In this document: one piece after another, positions 63,806-64,000 of the stretch
How the letters are laid out: each line of letters begins with the position of its first letter
Numbering within the stretch: the stretch's first letter is position 1
Source: Thermoleophilaceae bacterium
GTDB taxonomy: Bacteria > Actinomycetota > Thermoleophilia > Solirubrobacterales > Thermoleophilaceae
NCBI GenBank assembly: GCA_034664165.1
Contig: JAXDIE010000023.1
Coordinates: 2,777 to 66,776 of the forward strand
Length of the DNA stretch: 64,000 nt
Direction of reading: 5' to 3'
Made by a program: the position numbers and the translations under genes
Notes under the pieces: generated by a model
Told to the model about the DNA's origin: nothing
Database searches by the model: none
Seen by the model: the letters and a program-made list of their open reading frames with translations, nothing else

Positions 63806-64000
63806 GCCATCTCGAATCGCATCGTGACGATTGTCCCCCCGTTTGGGCGGCTGCGGACGGAGAACTCCCGCGTGAGAGTCTCGATCAGAGGAAGACCCAA
63901 TCCGAGCCCCGGGCTCGTGGCGCCCGGCCTCACCCCCGCGCCATCATCGATCACCTCGACCTTGAACTGGCGGCCTGGGCCTGAGGCACGGACGACAACC
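63802..64000 (-). CDS. anti-sigma-factor serine kinase (RsbW/SpoIIAB-like HATPase_c), C-terminal fragment, 5' end outside window
   Basis: Not in the ORF track because it has no start in the window. The minus-strand frame reads ...FKVEVIDDGAGV...GLGLGLPLIETLTREFSV...GGTIVTMRFEMA*. Its stop overlaps the STAS ATG (ATGA). Confidence 0.7.
   Translation of the reverse strand, partial: VVVRASGPGRQFKVEVIDDGAGVRPGATSPGLGLGLPLIETLTREFSVRSRPNGGTIVTMRFEMA

Noticed and set aside
1-64000. Search by eye for rRNA, tRNA, CRISPR arrays, IS elements and prophage genes.
   Set aside because: I found no cloverleaf-compatible 70-90-nt segments in the intergenic regions, no regularly spaced direct repeats, and no transposase, integrase or phage-like ORFs. 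Absence should be confirmed with tRNAscan-SE, Infernal, CRISPR finders and ISfinder.

Overview
Very GC-rich, densely coding chromosomal segment of actinobacterial type. The taxon is inferred only from gene content: an mce locus, an MMPL transporter, a prm/mim-type soluble diiron monooxygenase, and frequent GTG starts with 4-nt GTGA/ATGA start-stop overlaps. I support about 60 protein genes. I found no rRNA, tRNA, CRISPR array, transposase or integrase. The theme is lipid and hydrocarbon uptake and oxidation.

Main gene content:
- A complete mce transporter string (yrbEA/B plus six MCE genes, 33051 down to 23021) continues into an MMPL gene and a polytopic membrane gene.
- The cognate MceG ATPase lies 3.3 kb away, behind an SCP2 lipid-carrier-like gene.
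- There are two P450s, a DesA3/Rv3230c-like membrane desaturase plus reductase, and a Baeyer-Villiger monooxygenase.
- There are several acyl-CoA dehydrogenases, an acyl-CoA ligase, and GMC and SDR oxidoreductases.
- A four-gene prmABCD/mimABCD-type monooxygenase operon is followed directly by a membrane diiron desaturase-like gene.
- Regulators are abundant: three paralogous GAF-LuxR proteins, three TetR, one PucR, and an RsbW/RsbV/PAS-GAF-PP2C partner-switching module at the right edge.

Features not explained by ordinary annotation:
1. A conserved intergenic element is present twice (about 190-nt core at 33578-33765 and 55447-55632), with a compensatory hairpin change. It shares the motif AACGGCAGCAATGAGG with a 112-nt palindromic element at 10490-10601.
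2. A 157-nt rod-like hairpin at 12009-12165 has helix imperfections that are all G-U compatible on the + strand only.
3. An orphan pair of MlaF/MceG-like ATPases has complementary degenerate catalytic motifs. One of them is tail-anchored, and no permease gene is nearby.
4. Two paralogous carbon-nitrogen hydrolases flank a divergent promoter, and one lacks the nucleophile cysteine.
5. SCP2-like genes are coupled to mceG and to a P450.

All family calls come from motif reading by eye. No searches were run. Many long ORFs in the supplied track are antisense shadow ORFs or N-terminally over-extended frames, and I trimmed or rejected them.
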